DNA from: Lepidodermella squamata
Lineage: Eukaryota; Animalia; Gastrotricha
Assembly (NCBI GenBank): GCA_047495785.1
Contig: JBLDXI010000017.1
Coordinates: forward strand, 2,542,001-2,606,000
DNA: 64,000 nt
Reading direction: 5' to 3'
A program made the translations under genes and the position numbers. A model generated the notes under the pieces. It did not search any database. It saw only the letters and a list, made by a program, of their open reading frames with translations, and had not been told where the DNA came from. Of this stretch, positions 28,378 through 40,504 are shown piece after piece. Numbering within the stretch: position 1 is the stretch's first letter; every line of letters starts with the position of its first letter.

Positions 28378-28763
28378 AAACTGAGAATCGATTGTTAAAA
28401 ACAATGAATAATGATTCAAAAACTTGCAGACAATATGTTATTTGTTAGGTGATAATGTTCTTCCTCCTGTGCTAGTTTCGTCCTGTGATAGCAGAATCAG
28501 TCTATATACTAACGGTCGTTTCATATAATGAATTTAAAGCTAGTTTTGCTATCAGCAACAGCTCGCGTTAGATAACCTGACTTCTGTTGAAGCTGTCTCA
28601 AATAGCGCCACCGAGTATTTACCGGTCGTTCACTTTATTTCAAAGCAGAGATTTATTGATATTATAAATAATCTATGTGAAACCTCCGAGTGCTAAATTT
28701 TGTCCTCCCTTAATAAAGCTAATCATGGTATTTTGTCTTAGTTAGGTGATTCTTTGATATAAA

Positions 28764-30885
28764 ATGTTGACCAAAGCATTGACTAGGATAACGCCGTCAA
28801 TGAAGGCACCGGTTCGCAGGATCGTTCATTCTGCCGCATTGTCACAGAAGAAGCTTTGCTCAGCACCGTTTCCAGAATTCGACAATGACCCGGAGTTCAC
28901 ATCATATGACCAGCTCTATGAATATAGCATTAAGAAACCTGACCTATTCTGGGATCGATTGGCAAAGAGTCGGCTCACCTGGAAAAAACCTTACTCGAAA
29001 GTTCTTTCATCTTCCGCAATGACCGGCGAACGATTCGGATGGTTCGTCGACGGAACCCTAAACGCATCTGTCAATTGTTTGGACCGCCACGTGGCTGTTC
29101 AACCTAATCGAGTCGCTCTAATCGAAGAAAAAGACGACGGATCGTCGTCAGAAGTCACCTATAAGGCATTGCTAGATCAAGTGTGCCAGATCGCTAATAT
29201 GCTGAAGGCACATGGCGTGAAAAAGGGTCAAAATGTTGCGCTTTTCATGCCAAATTCCGTATCATTAGTCGCTACGATGCTGGCGTGCGCTCGAATCGGA
29301 GCTGTCCACTCAGTTATGTTTGCCGGGTTCAGCCCAGACGCATTAGCTGCTCGTTTGATCGACTCTGAATCTTGCATTGTTGTGACTACGGATCAAGTTG
29401 TTCGAGGCGGTCGAACTATTGAAATGAAAAAGGTGTTGGATGCCGCCTTACAAAAATGCCCTTTCGTGAAAAATGTTTTTGTGTCTAATCGGACTGGCTT
29501 AGGTGCCCCAAATGCAACTATGACCGCGAAAGACATTCATTTCGAGCAAGAGCTCGCTAAATACCCGACCACCTGCGAACCGGCTGAGATGAACAGCGAG
29601 GACCCATTATTTATTCTATATACCTCTGGCAGTACTGGCCGTGTTAAGGGAGCTGTTCATACTCATGCCGGTTACCTCCTTTACGCAGCCGTGACTCATC
29701 AACTTGTTTTCAATTACCAGCCTGGCGAACGTTTTGGCTGTGTCGCAGAGTTGGGCTGGATAACAGGCCACTCTTACATAGTTTACGGGCCTCTAATGAA
29801 CGGCGGTACATCACTGCTGTTCGAGAGCCAACCGGCCTACCCTAATCCAGGAAGATATTGGGAAATGGTCGGACGATTGCAACTAAACCACATATATCTC
29901 ACCCCCACTTCTCTACGTTTGTTGTTGAAACACGGTGATTCCTGGGTGCAGAAACATAACCGATCCAGCTTGAAAACGATCGGTTGTGTTGGCGAGCCTT
30001 TGAATCGTGAAGCTTGGCAGTGGGCTTACGAGGTTGTTGGCAACGAGAAGTGCGACGTTATCGACACATGGTGGCAGACGGAGACCGGTGGAATCTGCAT
30101 CTCGCCGCGGCCGTCGCCCGTCGGAGCCCCGATCCACCCATCCACTGCTGGTCGGCCGTTTTTCGGCATCCACCCGGTCCTAGTCGACGGTAATGGCAAG
30201 GAGATTGAGAAGGACGGCGAGAAGGGTAATTTATGCATGAAAATTCCATGGCCGGGCATGGCGCGAACTCTGTACGGTGACCACGAGCGATTCTTCCGAA
30301 ACTGCTTCGACAAATTCCGCGGCTATTACACAACGGGTGATGCCGCTAGAATCGGTGAACATGGCCAGTACCAGATAATTGGCCGAACTGATAACGTTAT
30401 AAACACGTCCGGCCATCGCATCGGAACTGCTGAGGTCGAGGATGCCATCGATACGCACCCTGCAATCGCCGAATCAGCCGTTGTTGGTTTCCCGCATGAT
30501 ATCAAAGGCGAGGGCATTTACGCCTTCATCATCCTACGCGATCGTCAAGCCGTGGGTGGAGCGGCCATCGACAAGCTGAGTGTCATCGATACCATCAAGC
30601 GACAGGTCAGAAACAAAATTGCCGGTTACGCTGTGCCAGACGTTGTTCATGTGAGTTTGAAAAAAATCCACCTTAATAATTTTTTTAATGCGGATTTTTT
30701 TGTTTTAGATTGCGACGAATTTGCCGAAAACCCGAACGGGTAAAATAGACCGGCGCGTTTTGCGTAAAATAGCTAGTGGAGCTAAGGATATTTCGCATGT
30801 TGGCGACACTTCGTCGCTTACCAATTCTTCGCTTGCTGTCATTGACGTTCTGATCAAGCGACGGGCTGAGCTTGTAGGAATGTAA
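28764..30885 (+). CDS. ACSS1: Acetyl-CoA synthetase, mitochondrial type (ACSS1-like, ~687 aa, 2 exons)
   Basis: Exons 28764-30650 and 30709-30885. Basic N-terminal presequence, YTSGSTG, GWITGHSY, DTWWQTETGG, SGHRIGTAEVE, LPKTRTGKI. Confidence 0.88.
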
Positions 30886-31564
30886 AATATTGAAGCCCCG
30901 CATTAATTTTTTGGCGGTTAAATTTTGTGTTCCTCATTCCGACTAAGTGTAAATCTAATCCGCTAAAAAATGTAGCTGATTGAAATAACGCACGTGGTGT
31001 TGTGTTTGCTTTGCTGGTATTTTTGTACCTATCAAATCGATGGTTTTTTGCCCTTTTTATCTCAACAATAAAGTTAAAACTAATTGGTGGAGTGATCGTG
31101 AATTCTCGTTTTCCGTGATTCTGCGCATTGCCATATTTATGAGTATCGTCTGCTTGCCTCGAAATACTTCGTTTTAAACGTTCCTTTCTTCTTTGAAAGT
31201 TTGACTTTGTTGACGAGAGGTTATTCCTTCTTCATAATTGGTTGTCAATGTGATTGCGATATAATTGCCATGTACTAGAATGTATTTAACTGGACGAGTT
31301 TTAACTGTATACCGCCGTCGAACGGCGTCGAATATCAATAGTAATGCATGTAGTCGCCTTGATTGGAGCATTTTGTCAAATAAATCGGGGATTTTTCCTC
31401 GCTCAGCAATTCTGCTCTTTTCGTGTTATAGAATAATTTCCTAATGTTATAAACCACTGGATAAGTTATGTTTTTATTGCCGTGAGATGATGCTCGGTAT
31501 TCAAGAAATAAAACTATGGAGAACAATAATGTCTTTAGTTTCGAAGGGTGCGCTGAAAATTAAG

Positions 31565-31578
31565 GTTGCTATGGAGAC
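31565..31578. promoter_or_regulatory. RFX X-box upstream of the divergent MDH1 paralog
   Basis: GTTGCTATGGAGAC (reverse complement GTCTCCATAGCAAC), ~480 nt before ATG 32060. Confidence 0.65.
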
Positions 31579-31605
31579 GAGTTTTTTCCGTCAATGAGAG
31601 AATAT

Positions 31606-31641
31606 TACTCAGACATTACTCAGACTCAAATACTCAGACAT
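31606..31641. repeat. Three copies of TACTCAGAC(AT)
   Basis: Copies at 31606, 31617 and 31631, ~30 nt downstream of the X-box. Confidence 0.8.
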
Positions 31642-32059
31642 TAATAAATTCATCAAATTTTTCGACCTAAAAGAAATGAACTTCAAGGAGAAATAACTCA
31701 GTCTATGTTTGCTCAAGTAAGCGAATGTTTCATCGCCCGTATGTAAGAGAAAAAAGATGAGAGCCCATGCGCATTTTTTTGGGTAGGTTTACAGCCCACG
31801 TATTAGGTGCTGTGGGGAATGATACGGTAATGCCGCAGCTATTCATCGCCGCCCGAGGTGTTTCGCAACTGGAATCGCCAAATAGTTCATTTAAAATGCA
31901 AAATTCATTTACGGAATTTTATTAAGGCTGTTCAGCTGCTTAAATATTTTTTTATCACTTTCATCGCATTGTTATCTGTAACCGCGGAATGTAGCTACAG
32001 TTCTGCAGTAAACATCAAAATAGATTATTTTTAAAGCGCTGATGCTTTTATATTGATAA

Positions 32060-33192
32060 ATGTCGAGAAAAGAAGTAATTAAAGTTTGCATTACCGGGGC
32101 TTCGGGCCAGGTAGCCTACTCCTTAATCAGCCTCATTGCCCATGGGCAAGTCTTTGGAAATGACCAGCCTATTGATCTTCACTTACTGGGCACGGAGCGT
32201 AGAATCAGCGTTTTGAACGGATTGGTGATGGAACTTGAGGATACTGGCTCGCCTTTGATTCGCGAAGTCATAGCCACTAGCGATGCCAATGTAGCGTTCA
32301 AAGATATAGACTACGCGATACTAGCTGCTACCATACCTTGCAAGGTAATTTTCCGAGTCCTATCAAAATCTCTAAGTTCCATGAGTTTATAGGAAGGGGC
32401 ACCGCGTAGTTATTATCTTTCGTCCACAGCCAAGATTCTCAAAGCACACGGTCAGGTCCTTGATGCCGTTGCGAAAAAGAGCGTCAAGGTGCTGGTAATG
32501 AGCAATCCGACGAACACAAACGCTTTTATTTGCCGTCACTTTGCTCCTTCCATACCGGCTGAGAACTTCTCCGCTCTAACTCGCTTGGACCATAATCGAG
32601 CCGTTGTGCATGTCGCGAAGAAACTAGGTGTTTCTACTTCTGCCGTCTACAACGTGGCCGTCTGGGGCAATCATTCAAGTACTCAGGTTCCGGATCTTCG
32701 CCGTGCTAAGATTAGCCGCCAAGCTCTGGCTGGTGAATTCGCCTCTGGAGGGGATGACGTGTCTGCGGCTGATGCCATCAATGACGAAAATTGGGTCAGA
32801 AACGAGTTTATTCCCACTGTTCGAGAAAGAGGCAATCATATTTTCGCAATTCGAAAATTGCCTTCCGTGCTATCTGCTGCTAAGGTTTGCGGTTCACCCA
32901 AGATGGAACATTATAAAATTCTTTTTTTCAGGCGGCAGCGGACCATTTGCGTGATTGGCATCTCGGCACGGCGCCCGGGAGGTTTGTTTCGATGGCTGTT
33001 GCATCCGACGGATCTTATGGAATACCTGAAGGCCTGATTTATTCTTTCCCTGTAACCATTGAGAATGGCAAGTGGAGCATTGTTCAGGACCTGGTCATCG
33101 ATGACGATCTGCGCTTAGCTCTTGACATCTCGACGAAAGAGTTGCTAGAAGAAAGAGATTTCGCGCTGGCAGCTTGCGAAGAGACCGCTTGA
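32060..33192 (+). CDS. Divergent tandem paralog of cytosolic MDH1 (345 aa); 2-hydroxyacid dehydrogenase of uncertain specificity
   Basis: Exons 32060-32344, 32393-32884, 32932-33192 have the same lengths and phases as MDH1. Catalytic TRLDHNRA and WGNHS retained; cofactor and substrate loops altered. Confidence 0.92.
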
Positions 33193-33342
33193 GACTGGAC
33201 AGCAGGCGCATCATTTTGCTATTGAAATTAAATAATTGGCACAGGGTCGAATTGAATTAGCTATTTTATTCATAGAATTTTGGGAAAGGTTCAATAAATC
33301 AATCACTATTTTCAGCATCGAAACAGAATTCCGATGCTTATA

Positions 33343-36300
33343 TCACCGTCTCGCTAGATTATGAGTTTCATACTGTAGCCACTGATCTGGAACTTCGAGA
33401 AAAAAATTGCGCATCGCATTGATGAAGCGATCACGATATTGATTTGGCGCAACGATGGTGGGTGTACCCTGTCTGCCCAGGAGACCGCTTGATTTTACCA
33501 CGGATTCGACCTTCTTATCCCAAGTGAAAGTTCGCAAGTAGTCGATGATGCCAATCACTATTCCATGGCCTTGGGGATCGAGACCTACAAGAAGGCTGTA
33601 GTCCATAACCTTGTTGTCAGCTAGAAATTGAGTGTCGGAAGCTATTGCTTGAAGCAGAAGTTTCTTAGAATGCGGATACACGTAAAGAGGGTCTTGCAGG
33701 CTCCGAATCAGAAGGTTTTCGTCCAGCAGTACGATGTCGCCATGTTCTGGCGTGGTGTCAGTGAATTCCTGCGCCGGCTCAGACAAGTCACCGTTGGATA
33801 GGGCGATCAAAGACGATGAGCTGCTCCCACTTGGAGGTTTTGTAGAAGGCCCAACATTTTTTACCAAGCGGTTACGCTGCGATCCTTTCAGGTCGAACTT
33901 CTCCGAAATGACGTAGTTCCGGAACAGATATTCCATGATAATAACATCGTACTTGAAACTATGGCCACTGATATTGCTTTCAACACCTATGTGGAAGACG
34001 CCAAAGATAGGAACTAGCGCAGAAGGTCTCTGAAAAACCTCAATTAATGATTTCAAGTCTAATAGTAGTTTTATTACCTTTTTGTCTCTCGATTCTTTGA
34101 CGTGCTCAAGGTATGCGGGAGCCATATCGAAAACGGTCTGAAGTTCCGTTTTTTGCAGCTGTTTAAGAACAAATCTTCGATCCAAGGTTCTGAAGTACTT
34201 GACGCCCGACTTGCCACCAGCTGCAAGCCATGACTTGCAACGGCGCAGCGATTGGACGAACCCAAACTCATTGAATAAGTCCTCATTGCTATCGGCTGAT
34301 GGCAGGAGAATAGCACGGATTTCGGCGAAGACCGCCGCATGGTAAGCAGTGACCGTGAATTTAGTCCCAGACTCCTTATCTAACGATGCATTGCACCACT
34401 CGACGGTAATGTGACGAGGGTCGTCTCTGATTTCCTGTTTCTTCCCACTATAACGTGGAGATTTCATGGGAGGTCTTAAATAAGCTCCTCCGACTCTGAG
34501 CTCAACTTTGGGCGAATCAGGTGGCTCCAACGAGCTGTTACCATCTTCAGCTGTAGCTACAGAGGGCGGCTGCGAATTAGCTTGGCTGTCGATTAGGGCC
34601 TTGTCAAAATCGAAGTTGATCACGCTGCTGGAATCAGAACTGCCATCAGATTCATTCATTTCAGCCTCCTCAGCGCATTCGGCTAACACGCGATTATCAC
34701 TAGACCTCTTCGACGCATGGCTTTCATTCGGCAATTCCGGCTGATTCACTGATAACGAAGCCGATCTACTGAGTAAGCCAAAGCTACTCATCGATATTGT
34801 TGACCCATCGCCCAGTTGGTCTGACAACTTTTGCTGATACTGTTCGGTTGAGAGGAAGAATGCGATTAGTGAACTGGGCTCTTCGTTGATAACTGCTACA
34901 GGGCTAACAAGCTGCTGGCTTCGAAATACGTAATGATGACCCGCTGGGAATGGCTGCTCAAGCGGTAATTTCAGTTTGCTCTTGAACAAAGGATGTTGCA
35001 GCATGTCTGCGTCGGTCAGAAATTCAAGAAGACCTCGAGCAAATGAAGTTCGATGCTCCATTCGCTTACTAGAAGGCGTATCTGGTGGATGGTTTCTCGA
35101 ATCTGGCGGTGGCATAGCTAGTTGGGGGGTGAAGACATCACTGGCATAGCTGGATACCAAATCAGATGACATCGCCTGGTTAGAAGTTATGTTCGGGCTA
35201 GTGTTAAGAGATGCGCTAGGAATCGGTCGAATGGCAATGGGGATCGATACTTTCCCGTCACCTGACGAGCTAAGATGAGGCTCGCTTGCTGCAGATACAG
35301 CCTCAGCACGGATGAAGTGAATGAACGCTTTCAGTGTTTCGTTCCAGTCGAACCAAGATTGATAGATATTTTGACACAGCGCCAAACCTGCATCTTCGCA
35401 GTCACGATTCGTCGACACGGATGCTGCCAGTTCAAGCTGGTTAACTTTTTCTACAAAATTCCCAACTTCGATAGTCAAATCATTTTCAAGAACCGCGAAC
35501 TGTTCCACTATCGATTTACTCGGAGTCCCAGGTAGCAGAGCATGCAGATTGTTCTTCAGATTTTCAAGATATAGAGCCACAGCGTCATAGTAAGAAGTCG
35601 CAATTTTGACCATAGTTGCCCCGTCTGGAGTCTGGGTCAGGAGCCGGTGTTGGAAATTACTGGCGCTCGTCGTTTTCAAATCAGCTAATTGCGGCTTAGG
35701 AATAACGATGTCCAAAACATCGATAGGTGAATACTTGAAGACAGCAACGATTTTTTCTTTAGCGAAGAACTGTAAATAGTTCTTTTCGAAAGAATGGGGG
35801 CAGCGCCTTGAACCAGTGAGCGTAACACATGTGTGATCGATTCCGTCGAATTTGCGCTGCAAGAAGCAGGCGAAAGACATTTCCCAAAGTGCATTCGGGT
35901 CCGGCCGATGCAGCGGTGTAACGGCGTTACATTGGCGGCACATGGACCACATGACAACAGCGTCATGAGGAGCAGAAATAGGTTGGGAAATCGCTCTTAC
36001 AATAACATCGACTCGACCGCAGTTACTAGCGAATCTGCGGACATGATCCGTATTAGCCGCTCCACATCCAGGACGCGAGCAGATAATACTCGGCATGAAG
36101 CAGATTTCGTCCAGAAATGCTCCGAGGCTATGATCAGGTGGCGTGTAAAGTGACCAAGATTCTGACGAAGGGCCGTAGCAAAAATGGTATGGGGAAGTGT
36201 GCGAATCAGGCGAAAAAACACTGACAAGGACCTGTAAACTCTGGCATTCTGCAAAGGACAATGGTTTCGCCCAGATTGCCTTAGAAATCCTTGGGTTTTT

Positions 36301-39117
36301 CGTCGTCACGCTTAGCGACACATTTTCTGACAACGTTGCTGTTAGTTTTCGAGATTTATCCTCGATTTCATAAAGCGATCCATCGCGCTTGAAGTCAGCA
36401 ATCATCCTGGCGAATTCCTCCGATTTGAGCTCGTGGACAAGTGGCGTTTTGAAGAAATCGTGAATTGGACGCTCAATGCTTACAGACGTCCAAAGCGGTG
36501 GCTTTGAATCGCAAGTCTCAGGCCGATTTCCCTGGTTGTAGCTCGCAGTCAGTAATGAGAAAATTGACGACTCGAAGTAAATGCGAGAGGGGCTGGCGTC
36601 GAACGATGCGGATTTTTTCGATGGATCTGGGAAACGTATCAAAGGGCATAATGCTAGTAGCCCTGAATTCGTGAGAGTAAACGCCGCATCTATCGTGGTC
36701 ATCGAAGTCCGTCGCTGCGATGAAACAGGCAAGGAAGGAGTTATCATCTGAGCTGCGGATCCCAGCGCAAGTTTCCGCCGATGCCGAATAAGCTGCACCA
36801 AGTTGAACGCTGCCGAGTCTCGATGGCCAGAGAAAGACCTTCGGCTTGCGATTATCTGCCGGCGATTGATGGCAGCCGTATTTGGGTACTCGTCCTCGTC
36901 AGGAGACAAGACATTCGGGTCATCGGAGGGTGACTTCGGGGAGGAAACCCAGGCGACTTCGAGCGAAAAGGGGTCAGCTCGAAATGCCGCCATGTACCGT
37001 GACATGACTTGGCCGTCATGGGCGACTGCAATTAGCCATCGAAGAATTTTCTTCACCTTAACTAGGTCGGAATAGCAGCTGTCCCGGATTAGAAGGGTAC
37101 ATCCTATTGGATCACAGCCCGACAGGCAGATGAAAGTTCTTTGAAGGCGAGTATGCTCATGGATGCAAAATGAAGCGAAAGTTCGGCAATTGCCGAGTCG
37201 TGCAGAGGATTGGCTGACACTTGACAACGTCAAACTGTCCACGGATTGGAATATCATGGCACCGGTGCATCGTGAAATCGCCTCCAGCAAGTGCGGCTTT
37301 ACGTAGGAAGCAGCTGAAATGTCATTAGCCAGCAAATTTTTACACGCAAGAGTTGGTATGGACCCTCCACACAGCACCAAAGTTGGTTTGAGGATCGCAA
37401 TCTGCGACACGTAGCGCTGCATTTGTTCGTATTCTTGGTCGACAACGATATCCAGGGTCGTTAGCTGTTCCGACTCCCGTTCAAATTCTAACCCACTTTC
37501 CAGTAAAAGAATTCGCGGCTTATGAATCGAACGTTTCATTAAGCGATGGCTCAGCGTTTTGGTGAAAACTAGGCCGTCAACGTACTCGAATTGAGCGGTC
37601 AAGTTCGGTTCGTAAATTTTCTTTATCTTAACGCACCGTCTTATGTCCAACATATCCGGGTAGTCGTGAGGTCGAGGCTTGAGGTTGCGAGCGACTTGAT
37701 AGACAATTTGCAGCATGTTCCGCTGCCATTTTTCAGCATCCAGCTGCTCGACGGAGAGCAAATGGGAGCAAAGGCGGGCGAGATGTACCTTGTACAACCG
37801 CTGGAGAGTTTTTTCAACATCAGACGCTCGGTAAATTCCGGAAATTATGTCGGACGGAGTTTGCCGGCCTAAAAGTTGCGACAAGCTTTTCAAGATAGCC
37901 TGATCGATTTCTTTTGTCAACTGCTGGCCAACTGCTTTGTTGCTAACTACTTGTTTTGATCCAGAGAAACTGCTTAGGTTTTCGAAAATTTGCTCCGAAT
38001 TTTGACGCTTGAAACTGCCAAGCGCCTCTTTTGGATTCTCGGGAATAGCCGAAATGTCCACGTCTTTCAATGACAGGGGCGTAGGAGGCGGCGTTGCTGA
38101 GTAAGACCCAATCACAGGTTTGAATTCAGGGGCAGAGGCAGCCGAATATCTCTCAGAATCGTCGAGTGGAATAGATGATGGTGGAATCGCTTTCCGTGTT
38201 GGCGATGACACTTCTGGCATGAAATTTGGAGTTTCGCTGCGGTTTGAATGAGTTAAATGCAGTGGTGATAGTGGCGAAGTAGTGCCAAGCGTTTGAGTGG
38301 GCGACTGATCTGAACTTCCCCCGATTGCAACGTACAGCGAGGCCAGACGCTGCAGAACATCTTCGGCTATCAGAGTGGCGTGCTCTTCCAAGAGAACGCG
38401 CAGTGTCTGTCGGTAACAAACCTCACACGCTCGCAAGCCATCTATAAACAAAACGGAAAAATGTCAACAGGGAAGTGAGGAAAAGCTAGGACAATAATGA
38501 ATCCACCCTAAAATGTCTAATTATAAAAATTGCTTACAATCGACACCGAACGGCTGGCCAGGTATGCGCCACCTGGTACACGAATCACAGAAGATCCGGC
38601 CGCAAAATCGGCAATGATGGCGGCGGGTGAAAGTCGTGAACCGAACGGAACAATCATAGCAGTGGTAACAGGTATCATCACTAGCCCAAATAGCGTTCAG
38701 GCCAATAATAGGGGTGAGCTGCTGTCCTTTACGCACGAACAGCGACGTGAACTGTTGACGATAAGTCGGTGATCTTGTTCGTGACGAGAGCGAATCAAGT
38801 TCAGCACTACTAGCAGGCTGGGAAATCGCTACCGATTGACTGCGTTTGACCGGTTGCTTGTCGCTAGATGCCACCGCCTCATTTTGCAGCACTGTCGCTG
38901 ATGACGAGCTAGGTACCAGTGTATTTTCCCTTCTCCGAAAGGCTTGACTAACGCTTGAAAAAATGCTATCGAAAAAGAGTGATGCTGTTGTATTGCGCTG
39001 CCTCGAATCCGGCTCGTTTCTCGGGTGGGGCCCGAATGATGTCAACGTATTCGGATCGAAACTAATTGGTGGCAAGGGAAGCGGTTTAGCCTCATCAGCC
39101 TCCTCACCAATCATCAT
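33343..39117 (-). CDS. PIKFYVE: PI3P 5-kinase PIKfyve/Fab1, copy 1 (~1,876 aa, no recognisable DEP domain)
   Basis: Exons 39117-38538, 38441-34078, 34029-33343. FYVE (WASDD..RRHHCRFCG), CCT/TCP1-like domain, Cys-rich region and kinase motifs GGKSG, VLKQ, DLKGS, MDYSLL, IIDYLR. Confidence 0.93.
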
Positions 39118-40504
39118 TTTTCACATTAAGTGCGATACCCTCAAAAAACTCCTTGTGTTTCCGTCCGATTTCATATCTAATTACTCGTTATCTCACATTT
39201 TCAACCGGATGCGATAAGGTTGGATGAAAAAACCGGAGATCGTATTAAACCAAAACCAGTCCTTTTTTATTATCATCATAACTGCTTGAAGAGCTATTTT
39301 AGAAATTAATAAATTCTCATTTTGATATTTTCCTGTTAACAATGGCGATTATCATAACTATAATTATCATTCATTCCACTGCTTTTTTGTACAAAGGAAA
39401 CGAAAATTGGTTCTTGTAGCAGTACTGGCTCTTTGTATACGCTTCATTCACTCTATAAGAATAACAATAACAAGTCGCTCGGCAATGCAATTTTTGGCTG
39501 ACTTCTTCTTTTTTAAAGCAAAACAAGATTGCATATATTATTTGGTTACATTCATAATAGCATATTACGAAGTCGACGGCGATTATGCGCGATCGAGGCA
39601 GATAGGGGAATAACAGAGCGGCTCAGCAGCTGAACCGAAGAAGCAAAACTAGGGCTGCGTCCAGAAAATGAAACAGCCAGAAGAACTGAATAGCGAACAA
39701 ATCGATGTTCGCGAATATCACAGCGTCAAATTATAATAACGAGTTATAATACAGGAAACACTTAATATTGCTAGACTCGACGTCGTATACAAGTAGTAGC
39801 TATGTAATGCCACCCTCAGCTGTTTTTTTTCGTCGAAACAATCACCCGACAACACGCTCACAAACAATCTCCGACCCGAGTGACTACAAAATGTGTTTTT
39901 TGTTGTTTGCCATGTCGCACGTACAAGCAGGCAAGCTACTATGCCACACCAGATCAAAATAACAACAACAACAATAACATCATCGAAAACAATTAACCCA
40001 TCGTATGGTGGTGGACTACGTCTGAATTTATGGGCCTTCGAAAGACTTCGGAATCATCGTGTATTGATAATAATTTTCACTCAGCTGGTCCGATATCAAC
40101 ATTTTCAAATAGGCTAAATCCAGCCCATGCATGCACTCACTATTCGAATATAATAATAATCCAAAAAAGAGTCACTTCAAAAAAAGATATAATATATTAT
40201 CAAGGCCACATTTTTGGCGATGTCCGCTCAAGGCAAGTACATTAACTGACTGCTTTTAGCTAATCACTAATTTCAGCAGTCTGCAAAATGATTAGCCTCG
40301 AATAAATACTTTGGGTTCTACGGGTTGAGTAGTACAACATGAAGCAATTTTCCCCAAATGAGACCAAAAATGAGTACATGTGCATACTCGTTAGCGAAAT
40401 AAAGGAAAACACAAAAATTATTCACGTTAGGAGAGGGAACGCAGAAAGAGCTAGGAGAAAGAACGCGACCGAGTTTTTTTCAAATTCTCTGGCAGCTAGA
40501 TTCT

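Noticed and set aside
32060-33192. Horizontal transfer of a plastid NADP-MDH
   Set aside because: Exon lengths, intron positions and a shared insertion match the adjacent MDH1, indicating local duplication.
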